Source: the human T2T-CHM13v2.0 reference genome, Homo sapiens | Strand: one strand, 5' to 3' | Assembly: GCF_009914755.1 (NCBI RefSeq) | Contig: NC_060926.1 | DNA: 64,000 nucleotides | Part shown: piece by piece, positions 43,701-58,670 of the stretch | How the letters are laid out: every line of letters begins with the position of its first letter | Position numbering within the stretch: position 1 is the stretch's first letter | The notes under the pieces: model-generated | The model's database searches: none | Told to the model about the DNA's origin: nothing | Seen by the model: only the letters and a program-made list of their open reading frames with translations | Program-made: the position numbers and the translations under genes

Positions 43701-44665
43701 AAATCATTCTGACTACTATGTGGAGAGCAGACTGGTAGGGGCACACACGGAATAGACAGAGTGGTTAGGAAGTTTTGAAGTAGTCTAGAGAGAGAAGTGA
43801 GGAGGTTCTGGCTAAAAATATGCAGAAAGGGATGGAGAACCTCTGGCAGAGGTGAGAGAAATTTAGAAACTAAAATCAACAAGAACCAGAGATTAGTTGG
43901 ATATGGGGGGAAAGAAGGAGTTGGATAAAGAAGAGGATAATTTCGAAGATAAATAGCTGACTTCCAGGTTTCTGGTTTCTATAAATGGATGGAAGTCAGG
44001 GCCATTCCTTGAGATTGGGAATGGTGGAAGAGGACCAAAGAGGGGTCTCTGCGTTTCATTTTAAAGATACTGTCTGAGCTATCTTTGAGCTGCTTAAGGG
44101 GAGACATTAAGTAGTCAGCTGGATTTATAACCTTGGAGCACAGGGGAGAGGTTTGAGCTCTAGGAGGAACCATGGAAGCTGTGGTTATAAATTTGATAAT
44201 CTAGAAGTTCAGAATGGAGAGCAGATGGTTCAGAATTGGGCCTTGAGGAATTCCAACATTCAAAGACGGGGGAAAGGAACACGGACCTGAAAAAGAAATA
44301 GAGAGAACACTGAAAGAACCAAAAAAAAAAAAAAATTTCAAGAACAAGGGGTACTCAGTAATGTTAACTGCTACTGTGTATTTAAGATGATAAGATTTTT
44401 TTTACATCTACTAGATTCAGTGATATGGAGGTTTTCTACAACCTTAGTGGAAGATTTGGCTGTGTAATAATCAGGAAAAAAGCATGATTAAAGTTGGTGA
44501 ATGCTGAGTAAGCAAGAAGGAAATGGAGACTCTAAATACAGACAATTTTGTTGAGAAATCTGATTTGGAAGGAGAAGGATATGATATGATGGTACCTGGA
44601 GGAGAATGTGGTACTGACCAAGAGTTGGGTTCATTTGTTTAAATGGAGAAGAGTTGAGCCTGTTT
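43701..44665 (-). mobile_element. Degenerate L2 (also upstream pieces about 42170-43080)
   Basis: L2 motifs (tgacttccaggtttctgg, gccattccttgagattggg, ccttgaggaattccaacatt). Confidence 0.6.
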
Positions 44666-44681
44666 AAAAGCTGACTGGGAA

Positions 44682-46261
44682 TATCAAGGGCCCCCCAGTA
44701 GTCAAAACCATTTTGAAAAAGAAGAACAAAGTTGGAGGATTCGCATTTCCTGATTTCAAAATATATTACAAAACTAATCAAAAACAGTGTGGTTCTGGCA
44801 TAAAAACAGACACATAAACCAGTGGAACAGAAAAGAGATCCCAGGAATAAATCCTCACATAAATGGTCAAATGATCTTCCACAAGGGTGCCAAGACTATT
44901 CGATGGGGAGAAAGAACAATCTTTTCAACAAACGATGCTGAGAAAACTGGATATTCATATGCAAAAGAACGAAGTTGAACCTTACCTTACATAATATACA
45001 AAAATTAACTCAAAATGGATTAAAGACAGAAATGTAGAGAGAGAACCCTGGAAAAGCAAAGTATCACGGACCCAATCTATAAAACTTCCAGAAGAAAAGA
45101 GAGGAAAAGCTTTATGACATTGGGGTGGACTTCATGATTTCTTGCATATGACACCAAAAGCACATACTACAAAAGCAAAAACAAACAAATGGGACATCAA
45201 ACTTAAAAACCTTTAGGTATCAAAAGACACAATCAACAAAATGAAAAGGTAACCTACAGAATGGGAGAAAATATTTGCAAAACATATGAAAGAGTTAATC
45301 CTCAAAATACATTTTAAAACTCCTACAATTCAACAACGAAAAAATCAGATAATCCAACTTAAAAATGGGCAAAGGACTTAAATAGACATTTCTACAAAGA
45401 TGATATATAAATACCCAACAAGCATATGAAAAGATACTCAACATTACTAATCATTAGATAACTGCAAATCAAAATCACAATGAAATACTACTTCATAGCT
45501 TGATAGTAGAATGACTACTACCACAAAAACAAACAACAACAAATCAGAAAAGATCTAGTGTTAGCAAAGATGTGGAGAAATTAGAATCCTCATGCACTCC
45601 TGGTGAGATTGTAAAATGGTGCAACCACTATGAAAATCAGTATGGTGTTTCCTCAAAAAATTAAAAATAGAACTAGCGTATGATCTAGTGATCTCAATTC
45701 TGGGTATACATCCAAAAGAATTGAAAGCGGGGTCTTGAAGAGATATTTGCACACTCATCTTCATAGATGCACTATTCACAAACTCTAAGAGGTGGAAGCA
45801 ATCCAGATGTCCACTTATGGATGAATGGAGAAAAAAAAATGTAGATACCCATACACTGGAACATTATTCAGCCTGAAAAAAAGAAGGAAATCTTGTCACA
45901 TGCTACGACACGGATGAACCTTGAGGACATTATGTAAGTGAAACCAGTCAGTAACAGAAAGATATATATTGTAGGATTCCACTTAGATGGGGTATCTAAA
46001 GTTGTCAAATTCATAGAAACAGAAAGTAGAATGCTGGTTACCAGGGGTTGAGGGGAGGGGGAAAAGGGGGCATTGTTGTTTAATGGGTATAGAGTTTCTG
46101 TTTTGCAAAATGAAAAAGTTCTGGACATCTGTTTCACAATAATGTGAATATACTTAACACACTGAACTGTACACTTAAAGATGGGCAATTGTGTTTTAAA
46201 AACACAGTACCATATGTTTTTATCACAATAAAAAAATTAATTTAAAGTTTTTTACTGAAAA
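44682..46261 (+). mobile_element. L1MB-type 5'-truncated element
   Basis: ORF2 3' region and L1MB 3' UTR; perfect TSD aaaagctgactgggaa at 44666-44681 and 46262-46277. Confidence 0.9.
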
Positions 46262-46334
46262 AAAAGCTGACTGGGAAGATCAAACTGACAGGTTAAATTT
46301 ATTTATTATTTATTTATTTATTTATTTATTTAAA

Positions 46335-46555
46335 AAGCAGGTACCTGTGCCAGACACTGTGCTAAGTATTTCATATGTGTTAACTTACTGAGTTCCCATA
46401 ATAAACCTATGACTTAGGTATTTTTATTTTTGTTTGATAGCTAAATAAAAACTGGCACAAATAGATGAAGTAACTTCCCCAAAGTCACACAGCTGGGAAA
46501 GCCAAAATTTGACACCAAAAAAAATGGAGCAGTCTGTGCTTTCCACTACTATGCT
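46335..46555 (-). mobile_element. MIR preceded by (TTTA)n
   Basis: gtgccagacactgtgctaagt...gaagtaacttccccaaagtcacacagct. Confidence 0.75.
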
Positions 46556-46649
46556 GCACATCAGAGAAGTGACAGTCACATTAGGTTTGAGAAGGTTTGG
46601 ATCCCACTTTGGGATCCAAAGTGAGGGCCACAGGTTCCTATTCTTTCTC

Positions 46650-47190
46650 AGTTCACAGTACCATTTGTGTCTCTCTAATTTTTTACAGTGCCCCTAGGCC
46701 AAAAGAAATACCAATAGTTCCATTTATTAAATAGATTAAAGCAACTTAATAAGTATTTATGTCCTAATAAGTTAATAGCCATTTGGAAATATAATACACA
46801 GAGATTGAAAGAAAAAGATTTTTATTTCATTCCTAAATAACTACTTACTAACAAGTTGTGTGTACTAACAGAAGACAGGCACCACAAAACTTGTCAAATT
46901 TTGAAATCAAATTGGACATCCTCACCCTAATTCCTGTTCTATGCTGATTATTGTGTAGTAGCTGCTTTTTATCACAGCAAGCCCTGAAAACCCAGCTTCA
47001 AATAGCTATGACAACCTGAAAAAGAATGTAGCATAAACTAACATTGAAACTCTGAACTATCTGGGGCTAATAGTTTGTATCTTCGACAGTAGTCTCTGTG
47101 TTTTCCTTGAGACTTTAAAAAATATCCTGCAGCATGCCTGTGAATTCACTGTAGTACCCAGGGTGCCTCTGTGCCTAGTTTGGGAACTTT
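46650..47190. mobile_element. hAT-Charlie DNA transposon remnant (MER119-like)
   Basis: ctaggccaaaagaaatacc...gaaaacccagcttc...agtttgggaac resembles MER119 from memory. Confidence 0.6.
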
Positions 47191-48370
47191 AGGTCTAGGT
47201 GGAAGACTTGGCTCAGATAAAACAAGGGACTGTTCTATTATGGGAGAAGGATGAACACAAAAATAGACCAATTTATATGCTTAGTGGGGCCTCACAATTC
47301 AACCTAGGATTCCACTAAGACCAACAGGACTACCAAAGGACAGGTACTTCTTCACTGTGGAGAGCCACTGTGAACATTTTATATACAATACTATTTTATG
47401 AGTAGTTATAACTGCTTTTCATTTCACAGTCACTTGTTAAGTAGTTTATCTGCTAAGTTAATATTTTTATTTTTGAAAAAAACACTTTATTAAAAAAACT
47501 AAGGGACATATAAATTACAATTTGGCAAAAGTACCTTATGTGTTTTCTCTATTAGTTACATTGACATATATATATATAAAACGTAATATTCTCAAATATC
47601 ACGAATATAAATTTGCTGTGTTTTCACACTTAACCTTAGATGCTTAGTTTATACATACATTTATATCACATTCTAACTTGTACATTTAATACAAAGTTAT
47701 AAATTTAAAATAAGTCACTTTTTAAGTTTCTACAAAACTGATAAAACCTGATTAAAAAATCAGTACTAGTATTTAAATATAATTTATTAAAGTCTTCTCA
47801 TTAGCTAACTATGGAAGTACAACTTTACCCTCCCTTTAAAAACTAGATAAATATTTGGTATGTGTTTGTAAAAGACACGTGAAAAACAACAAGAGAGGAG
47901 TTAGATTATTCAGATTTGAACTCATTTAGCTTGACACATATGATTAACTATAACTGAATAAATATGAGAAAAATTAATAGTCCTGAACTGGCTTCCTTTG
48001 TAGCAAAATACGTGGAAGCTTCCAAAACATTATTAGTCATGAATGCCAACAGTGGAGCCAGGAAATTAAGAGTTTCTTTAAAGAAATGTTTTAAAATGAA
48101 AACAATTAATAAAAGCAAAGAAATAACCATTTATGAAGAGAACAGGAAGAAAATGTTGATTGATGATACAAAGATATATTATTAAAAAGAAGACCAAGTG
48201 TTTCTTTGTGTCACAACCATGTTGCAAAATCGGGTAAATATTCTACTGTATTCTTAAGCATAAATAATATATCAGTCAATTATCATAGGTCATTGAATTT
48301 TGGATTGAAGTAGTCAAGATACAATGTAAATTTCCTGTTTTTCTTGGAAAGGAATAAAAATTTTGTCCAA

Positions 48371-48987
<617 letters not shown>

Positions 48988-49098
48988 TTATCAAGGGCAT
49001 GATATTAAACTCACTAGCTGAACATTTAAGATTCCTCAGGTACAATGTTGTGTGTATACACAAACATACATACATCCTTTAATGTAAATCTTTGTGAG

Positions 49099-49504
49099 TG
49101 TGATGGCTATGGCTGTATGCCACTCAGAACTCCTTCAAGAGGAACTGAGGCTGGCGGTAAAGTTGATGGAGAGAAGCCACACTTTCCCTGGGTGGCTACC
49201 AGCCAACGACTGAGCATCACTGGGTACTAGGGCCAGCCCAATCCTGTCCAACAGGGGATTCCTCTAATGAATAACATTTGGCCTGGCTGAAACTTTCTCA
49301 GCACCATGCTTCAGCCTGCACCTCTTTCTATCCAACCCTCCTTCCTTCTCTCTCCTTTCACATGTTCAGACTAGCATCATAGTTTAAAAGCTCTCCCCAC
49401 CTACTCCTGCTCCCTTCTTCATCATCTTTCACATCTCCCCCACAAATCTCTCACATGGCTAGTACTATCTTGCCATCTGCTTCTTAGAAGACCCAAACTG
49501 ACAC
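49099..49504 (+). mobile_element. ERVL solo LTR (LTR16-like)
   Basis: tgtgatggct start and ctgcttcttagaagacccaaactgaca end. Confidence 0.6.
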
Positions 49505-49929
49505 TGAGCATGATTGAAAAGGATTTCAATTAAAGGAATGCATGTATAAATTGTTAAAATGTCAGAGAATACTTGGAATTAAAACAGCTGTTTACTGTCT
49601 TACCTCCACCCCACAGCCTCTCATCCCACTCTCAAAGATAATCATTTTCAATTCTCTTAGCAGCTTCTTCTGTTGCTACCTCACACTTCTAAGTAACATG
49701 ATATGTTAGTTAGAAATGCATTCTTGTGTATGTAACACAAACCTGAAAACTCACTAGTTAACCAAATAGGGCTTGTTATTCTCACTTAGAAAGAAATATG
49801 AAGTTGAGCAGTCCAGGACTATAAAGCATCTCCATGATGTCATCAGATACCAGGCACCTACGTTCTATTCCCTCCCCCCTTAGCAGGTATGTTTTTCTTT
49901 CTGTCTGTCTCTCTCCTTCTTTCTTGCCA

Positions 49930-52437
49930 ACAGCTCCAGCAATTAATGCTCCCCTTTCCCTGCATTGATTTCCCTCTTTCCATTGGATTATTCTCATTAG
50001 CATACCAATATCTGTTATTTCTCTCATCTAAAAAAGAAAGAAAAAATTAAAACCTCTTTTGACTCCATTTCTCCATCAAGCTCCTACTCTATTTCTCCAT
50101 TTTCCTTTACAACATTAACCCTTTTTATAAGCCCCTAATTTCTCTCCTCCCATTTTCTCTTAAATACAAGAAAAAAAAAAGCCCATTAAAAAGTGGGCAA
50201 AGGACATGAACTGACACTTTTCAAAAAAAAAAGACATACATGCAGCTGACAACTCTATGAGAAAAAGCTCAATATCGCTGAGCATTAGAGAAATGTAAAT
50301 CAAAACCACAATGAGATATCATCCCACACCAGTCAGAATGGCTATTACTAAAAAGTCAAAACATAACAGATGCTGGTGAGGTTGCAGAGAAAAGGAATGC
50401 TTATACACTGTTGGTGGGGGTGTAAATTAGTTCAACCACTTGGGGGAAAGCAGTGTGGAGATTCCTCAAAGTCCTAAAGTCAGAAATACCATTTGACCTA
50501 GCAATCCCATTACTGGGATATACCCAAAGGAATATAAATAGTTCTATCATAAAGACACATGCATGCATATATTCATTGCAGCACTATTCACAATAGCAAA
50601 GACATGGAATCAACCTAGATGCCCATCAGTGGTAGACTGGATAAAGAAAATGTGGTACATGTATACCATGGAATACTATGCAGCCATAAAAAGGACTAAG
50701 ACCATGTTCTTTCCAGGAACATGGATAGCGCTGGAGGCCATTATCCTTAGCAAACTAACTCAGGAACATAAAATCAAATACCACATGTTCTCACTTGTAA
50801 GTGGGAGCTAAATGATGAGAACACATGAACAAAAAGAAGGGAACAATAGACACTGGGGCCTACCTGAGGATGGAGTGTGGGAGGTGGGAGAGGAGCAAAA
50901 GAAATCACTACTGGGTACTCAGCTTAGTACCAGGATGACAAAATAATCTGTATAACAAACCCCCATGACACATATTTACCTATATAACAAACCTGCACAT
51001 GTACTCTTGAACCTAAAATAAAAGTTTTTTAAAAAATACTTTCCAATCAGGCTTCTACCATCACCTTCCATTGAAACTGCTTTTATCTAGATCATGAATG
51101 ACCTGCATGCTCCTCCATGCAGTGGCCAATGGCCACCATCTTGTTACAGGTATCTTGGCATACTAGTAACACTCCACTTTATTCTTGAAACTTGGTTTCC
51201 AGGACACCACACTCCCTTCATTGTGCTCTACTTCTCTAGCTACTCCATTCTGTCTCCTTTCTTCATCTTCCCTTTTCTCCGTCTCTCTAATCTTAAAATG
51301 TTAGTGGACTCCAGGGCTCCACTCTTCAGTCTCCTCTGTTTCTCTGTCTACACCCACTCCTTTGGTGATCTTCACCAGTCTTTTGGCTTTTAGTGCCATC
51401 TGTGTTGCTGCCACTCAAATTTATACATCTGGCCCAAATCTTTCCCTCAACTACAAATTCCAATAATCAACAATCTATTTGACTTCTCTAATTGGCTATC
51501 TAATGGGCATTTCAAACATACCATGTCCAAAATTGAACTTCTGATAAGTCCCTCAAAAATATCTCTTCTCAATCTTCCCCACATCAGTAAATGACAACTC
51601 CATTCTTCCAATTCCTCAGAAATTTCCTCTATACCCCACATTTGATCCATCGGCAAATTCTGATGCCTCAACACTCAAAATATACCCAGAATCTGGCCAT
51701 TTCTCACCACTCCACTGCTATCATCCAGTCAAAGCCACCATCACACCTTACCCTGGACTACGGCAACAGCCTTCTAACTCATCTTTTTCACTGTCTTCAA
51801 TCTATTCCCATCAATAGCTACAGTGATCCAATTAAAAAGTAAATTGAAACATATTTCTCCACTCAAAACTCTTCAAGAGCTTCTCTTCTCATTTAGAGTA
51901 AAAGCCAAGCCCTCTGGATGACCTAGAAGACATATAACTAGTGTCACATTTCCTTTCTGACCTCAATTCCTACTACTCTTCTTGCTCATTTCACCCCACT
52001 CATATCAACTCCCTGCTATTCTTCAAACATGCCAGGTATACTCCCATCTCAGGGCCTTTGTACCTGTTGTTCCCTCTACCTGGAACGCTCTTCCGCAGGT
52101 ATCTTCCATGGTTTACTCCCTCACTTCCTTCATATCTTAATCTCAATCTGGGGATACTTCATTAAGGCCTTTCCTGGCCACCAAATATGAGGCCCATCCT
52201 GCCCTACCATCCCCCATCATGCTTTCTTGCTTGCTTTTATTTTTCTCTAGTAGTTGCACTCTCTTACATATTTTCCTTATTCATCTTTTCTTGACTCTGT
52301 CCTCTTTTAGAACATAAGCTACATGAGAACAGGGATATTGGTCACTTTTGTCCCTTTTGTTCACTGCTATCCCCAGCACATAGAATACTATCTGGCATAT
52401 TGTTGGTACTAAATAAATATGCATTGAGTGAATGAAT
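49930..52437 (+). mobile_element. L2 3' region split by an L1PA insertion, flanked by MLT1-like pieces
   Basis: L2 motifs ending in aataaatat...tgagtgaatgaatg; MLT1-like sequence at about 49700-49870 and 52440-52720. Confidence 0.7.
50168..51035 (+). mobile_element. L1PA (PA13-like) 3' fragment
   Basis: ORF2 C-terminus (50563-50811) and 3' UTR ending gaacctaaaataaaagtt. Confidence 0.9.
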
Positions 52438-53109
52438 GGTCACAAGCTGCCCCTACCCTTTCTGGATCATATCTCAGATTCAGACTTCTAAAAGAAGGCG
52501 AAGAGCAGAAGCGGAGAAGTTATAACCCAATTCTTGGAAGTCCCACCAGTAACCTCTGCTTAGCAAAGCAAGACGTGCTTCATATGGCCAACTGCAGCTG
52601 GAAGGGGAATAGGAAAGCCAAGAATTTTTAATTGGTTATATTGCTACTCTGAACATCAAAGTCAGTTCATAAGGAAAAATGGATGATGGACAAGCAAGGA
52701 GTAGTGTCTTCAATAGATGCTGTTTCTTGATTTAGTCATTACTTATTGACTTCCCATTACCATATATGCAGATTTACCATATCTCTTATTATCTCTTATT
52801 AATTATCTTACATTAAATGATCTATCAGTTGCTTTCCATCTCTTCAACATCCTTCCTGGAACCTCCCATTCCCTGCCCCTATTTGGACTAGCTGCTCTCT
52901 GAGACTAAGGCACAGTCATTCTAAAACTTTGTTTCACCTCTTTCCTGTATGAAATTCACTGTTTCTTGATTCCTAAGAATCTTGTTTACTCTATGGCTTT
53001 AGGGCATCACATCTTTCAATAACTTCCTGAGAAAAGTTCTTGGCAGGTAAATTTTTTTGAGAGCTACTAAGTCTGAAAGTGTCTGGCTTGAATGACAATT
53101 TAGAATTTT

Positions 53110-53181
53110 TTTTTTAATTATTATTATACTTTAAGTTTTAGGGTACATGTGCACAATGTGCAGGTTACATATGTATACATG
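53110..53181 (-). mobile_element. 72-bp young L1PA 3' terminal insertion
   Basis: T tail + attatactttaagttttagggtacatgtgcacaatgtgcagg; perfect TSD tgacaatttagaatttt (53093-53109, 53182-53198). Confidence 0.93.
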
Positions 53182-53747
53182 TGACAATTTAGAATTTTAG
53201 ATACAGAATTATAGGCTAAAAATCACTTTCTTTCCGAATTTTGAAGGCCTCATTGTATTCTAACTCCTCGTGTTACTGTTGAGAAGTCTGATATAATCCT
53301 GATTCCCAATCTTTTGTATGTATCTTGCTGTTTTTTCTTTTCTTTTTTTTTAAACTCTAGAAGTTTTTTGGATTTTCTTTTTTTCTCTCTTTGATTTCCT
53401 AAAATTAACAAAAATGCCTTTTCTAAAATTCACAAAATATGCCTATTAATCTTTTTTTAATCATTGGGTCCTTTCAAACTACAGACATGCCTTCAGTTCG
53501 GGGAAATTTTCTTTTATTATTTCTTTTATTCTTCTCTTCTGTTTTCTATTATTAGTTAGATATTACATCTTTTGACTTAATATTCTAATTTTTTTTATCT
53601 CCTATCACCTTTGGTTCATTATCATGTCCCTTTGTCATTCTGTTCCACATTATAGGGATATTTCAACTTTATCTTTCAAATGTATTAATTTTTCTATTTA
53701 CGCTGTCATGTTCTTGCAAGAATTCCTTTCCCTTTTTCCTGATTATT

Positions 53748-54028
53748 ACTTTTATTTTTTATTTTTTATTTTTTTGATATGGAGTCTCACTCTGTCTCCC
53801 AGGCTGGAGTACAGTAGTGCGATCTTGGCTCACTGCAACCTTCGCCTCCTCCCGAGTAGCTGGGATTACAGGTGTGTGCCACCACGCCTGGCTAATTTTT
53901 GTATTTTTAGTAGAGACAGGGTTTTGCCACATTGGCCAGGCTGGTCTGGAACTCCTGACCTCAGGTGATCCACCCACCTTGGCCCCCCAAAGTGCTAGGA
54001 TTACAGGCGTGAGCCGCCGTGCCCAGCC
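53748..54028 (-). mobile_element. Alu (S-type) with internal deletion
   Basis: Dimer lacking the gggttcaagcgattctcctgcctcag segment; T-rich tail. Confidence 0.93.
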
Positions 54029-55059
54029 AATTATTCCTTGTTAAAAACAGCATACCATTCTTGTTTCCAGGATGCAACATCTTCTCTTATTTCTCTGTGG
54101 ATACACATTTTAATTCTCTGAATTTAGTTCCATTTACGGCATTGTCCCTGATTCTATTTTCTGAAGCCTTAGACTTACAGATCTGAGATTTACAGATGAA
54201 GAATTTCCACAAAAGTATGGTGATCTCTGGCTCTCCGATTACATTTAAAGGTGATTAGAAAGTTGGTTTACATGGGTAGGCTTGTTAACTTGAGCCTCAT
54301 TGTAAGGAGGTTAGTTGGCACAGCTACCTTTTCAGAGAGAACTGTCAAACATCAGTATGTATACGTTTTACTCTGGGAAGAATAATCTATTTTTCCAGAG
54401 AAGGATCCTCTAAGCAAGTAACATAGAGACATAAGCCTTGTTGCTGGAGCAGGGAAAGAGTTGGGAAAAACCTCACTATTCTGGATACAGACTCAATTAA
54501 TCACCTTATTTTCAGTCTAGCCACCTCATGTTTACTTTTTAATGTGCTTAGTGTTTTCAAGTCCAGAAACCCTGTGGGTTGGTGTCTCCCAAAAATTATT
54601 CCATCTCATTTTCTCTTTATACAAACTTTCAACATACCCCCTTATTTTAAGTTCTACCTCCTAATGCACTTGGTCATCCCAATATTTGTGCCTTTCTGGG
54701 GTTCTATAGTACTAAACTTTTATTCCCCATTGGTATCTTTTGCTGCAACCACTGATATTTCAGGAAAGCCTGTGGTCTGTAAAGTCAGGTACCACATAGC
54801 CATCTGGTTTGCAACTTCCAAAAACCGATATCTCCTATTTTCACAGCCTTTTTATTCTCTTTGTCCTCATGACTTTACATCTTTTTTTTCCCATTGCTTT
54901 ACTATAATTTAGTGAAGTTATAAGAGGAAATGAGAATAATAATATAGCTTTAATTACCCATGTTTAATGGGAAGACCTATGTGTGTTCCATATCTTACTG
55001 TGATTGAGGATATTTTTATTTGAATATTTTTTCTATAATTACGTTTTGCTGAAAAACAG

Positions 55060-55300
55060 TATGATATACAGTGACTAAGGGCATGAACTTTGAAGCCACC
55101 TTATTTGAGTGTGAATCCTGGTATGACTTACTAGTTGTGTAATTAATCCTTATTCCTGTTTTATCATCTATTAAATGGAGACATAATAGCTATCTCTAAG
55201 GGCTGTGAGGAGTACAGTGAGTTAATATTTGTTCTATGAGAAATGAAAATGAGTTAATATTTATAAAATACTCAAAGATTGCCTGGCACATAGGAAATGC
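55060..55300 (+). mobile_element. MIR
   Basis: gtgactaagggcatgaactttgaagcc...catctattaaatggagacataatag...gcctggcacatagga. Confidence 0.7.
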
Positions 55301-58300
55301 TATATAAATTTTAAATAAAAAATGTATATTCAGGTAATATAGAACTTAAATAAATACATACAGAATTGAAGAATATCCAATTACAGGATATCAGAGGTAA
55401 CTAGAATTATGTCTTCCAGTGCATTTTTTAATAATTTTACACACATAAATACATATCCATGGCAAATTAGAAAATTTATGTTACATAAATGGAATCAAAG
55501 TATACATAAAAAGTTCTGCACTAATTGGCAGACATAAGATGGTTCTCAATTTTAAACATTTACTTTAATTGGACATTTATGTGAATGTTTCTCTAGTATA
55601 CATATCTAACAATAGAATTGCCCTCCAATTGGCAATTGTACACTCTGACCAGTGATTTATGAAAATACTCATTTTCCTATAAACTTACCATTAATATCTG
55701 AGGCTGTTAAATATTTGCTTATCTCCTGAGTGGAAAAAGTAGTATCTCACTGCTATTTTAATTTGTACATTTTAATGATTGGTAGGAAAAGCTCTTTAAA
55801 ACCATCTGTATCTGAGAGGGATGGGCAACTGGGTGGAGGAAGAATAATAGGCAGATTCAACAATATTGGTAATAATCTAATTCATTAGTTCAGTGTTGGG
55901 TTCACGTGTTTATTTTATGACACATGAAAAAGAATATATGTAATGTATTAATGTAAGTTCAAATATTATGTGTTAAAATAATTAGGCCATATGTACAGTA
56001 TATGTATATCAACTATGTAATCTTTTAAGCAAATACTTGTAAGTAAATGTCTGCACAGTAAAAAGATAAATATCAAATGGTGAATAGTGGGTAATACTGA
56101 GTGGCTGAATTAGATGATTTATGTCCCTTTGGGCTTCTCTGTGTTTTCCAAATTTTCTGCCTTAAGCATGTCTGTTATTTTCATAATTTTAAAGAAAACC
56201 AGTAAATACTTTTTTTTTAAGTGGGAAAATATAAAGTGCTAAGCTGCCACATACTGGCTAAGTTCAGTAGCCCCTACACAGTATTATTTATTTGTTTATC
56301 ATAATAGTGAAACTAGCCCAACCCTGCAACAAAACAGTTGTAGAGTATGTCAAAAGAGGAAATCAAATACACATCTATGGAGCAATCTTTTCAGACTACC
56401 TTTCTAGCCCTTAATTTGTGCTTATCAAAAGACAGTTTTTCTTTGATGGTACATTTCCCCTGACTAGGAATGTTGTCCTTTCTCTTTCTGCTTGCCTAAA
56501 GTTATGTCCTTCCTGCAAAGTCCAGCTATGTCCAGTCTCCTTTATGAAATCTTAACCAACTACTTTAATCAGCAACAACCTCTGAACTTAAGATACTGTA
56601 CTTTAGATATTAAACTTTAGATACTGTATCAACAAATATAACATTTAATATCAAATTATCCTTTAATATTTTATACATTAGTTTCATTTCCCAAATATAT
56701 TTCAAATTTCCATCTAATATTTTCACTAGTCCCTAACATAAAGATGGGTTTCTTGTTGAGCCTCAACAAATGCCTGTTGATAGAGAGCTTAATAATAACA
56801 ACATTGAGACTTGTAAGTAGTTAAATATTAAAACAGGAATCAAAATATAAGTTAAGGCTTTTTCAGGCCCTCTGACTTCTAAACCCTCTAATTTTTAGGG
56901 AAATAAACTTCTCCACAGTTCCTCATTACTCTAATTGATCTTTATGTTTCTTCTGTTGGCTTAATTTTCCTCTCCTGTCCTCCAAATGAGAAGATCCTTG
57001 GCTCTAGCTCTTCTCCCAAGATACTCATCTACTCCTTCTTGAGGGCACCCTCTTAGATGGTTTTAGTATCACCTCTTAGGTGATTTGGGAGGCTGTCTCC
57101 TCTCAAATTTTCAACACCAACCTTTCACTGCGGTTCCATACTTCCAATAATATCATCATTTGATTACCTCTGGTCACTTCACATGTAACAGAGTCAAAAC
57201 TAAATTTTTTACCTGTCATTCTAAATTTTTCTGGCTTTCAAAACCCTCTGCACCTTAAGCTCACTGTACTTATCATTTGAAATGATTTCAGGGCCTCTGG
57301 TTCTCACGTGTTACCCTACATCCCACTGCCAGGCTAATCCTTCTATAAGCCTAATTTTAATATGGTACTCCGCAATATGAAAGTGTTTACAGTGTTACAG
57401 GACAATGTGTCAGTTCCTTAATATAACATTCAAAGTCCCCGACGAGGAAGTTCCAAGGTGCCTTTCTAGTCCCTTCATTCTTCAACATGAACCATGTATT
57501 TCTAAATGGGCTCACCTCCTCAATACTATGTAGACACCCTATTTAAGTCTCAATTAATATAATTCCCTTTTTCTGGAATACTTTTCCTTTCGGCTTAACC
57601 AAATTTCACACAGCTTTTTAGGTCTAAGTAAAGTTATAAATTCTCCACAAATTTGTTCTTATTTTATGCTATGCTTTCTCTAAACTTCTACCATCATTTT
57701 ACTCAGTGTCATACAATTTGGCACTCATTAGTGTCCTAGTGATTTCATGTGTCTATTTTCCTTGACTAGGTTATGCTGTGGACCCAGTCCATGCCTTATA
57801 TTTCTTTAGTGACTCCCACAGTTCTTCCCACAATGGTTGAAATCAATAAATACTGTGTGATGAGTTTTGTATAAATAATAAGCTATTATTAATAGTTATA
57901 ACTTGAAAACATGGTATGTCTATTATTATTTTATGAGAAAAGCAAATTGAGTTTCGCACAACTTGACAAAAAGAAAAATCAAGTTCTACAATTAAGGGAG
58001 TTGTGATCAAATGAGTTTCATAAGGTCACAATTTATCTGTGATAGGCTTGGAAAATAATTTGTACTTTTACATAGCCTGTCAAATAATTTACCAGAGGCA
58101 TTTAAAAAGGAAACTATCTTTAGTTGACCTTTTATGATTGTGCCTGAAAATGCAGAATTGTTATGGATGGAAACCATGGTACAGCTGACTATATTATATA
58201 CTTTTATAGTTAAATTTACATGCACAATTCAAATAATTTAATCCAAAATGAACATATATGAAGTTACATCTATACTTAATGATAATACTGTTTTAAACTA

Positions 58301-58670
58301 ATTGCATAATAATCTACAAACATGAATGTGACTTAAACCATAATACTTTATTAAATTCAAAAATTCCACCAGACTAATGAACAATTTAATAGTATATTAA
58401 TGTTAAAACTATTATTCTCTAGGAACAGATTTATAATGATTTAAGAAATTCAAAGCAAGAAATTATTAAACACTTTTAGTGAAATGATTTTAGGAGACAA
58501 AAAAAATGTGAGAAATATATTAAATAGCTGGTAAAACTAAAACTATATATCTCATACCTTTTAATGTATCCCAAACTAGGGACAGGCATTGTCTGAAGAA
58601 AATCAACTTTAAAAGACAATTTTTATCCTCAACATATGTATAGGTAAGTCTTGATTTGAAAACCATTCTG

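Noticed and set aside
47964-48185. 73-aa Lys-rich ORF in non-repeat DNA
   Set aside because: A-rich composition explains it; no homology or splice support seen.
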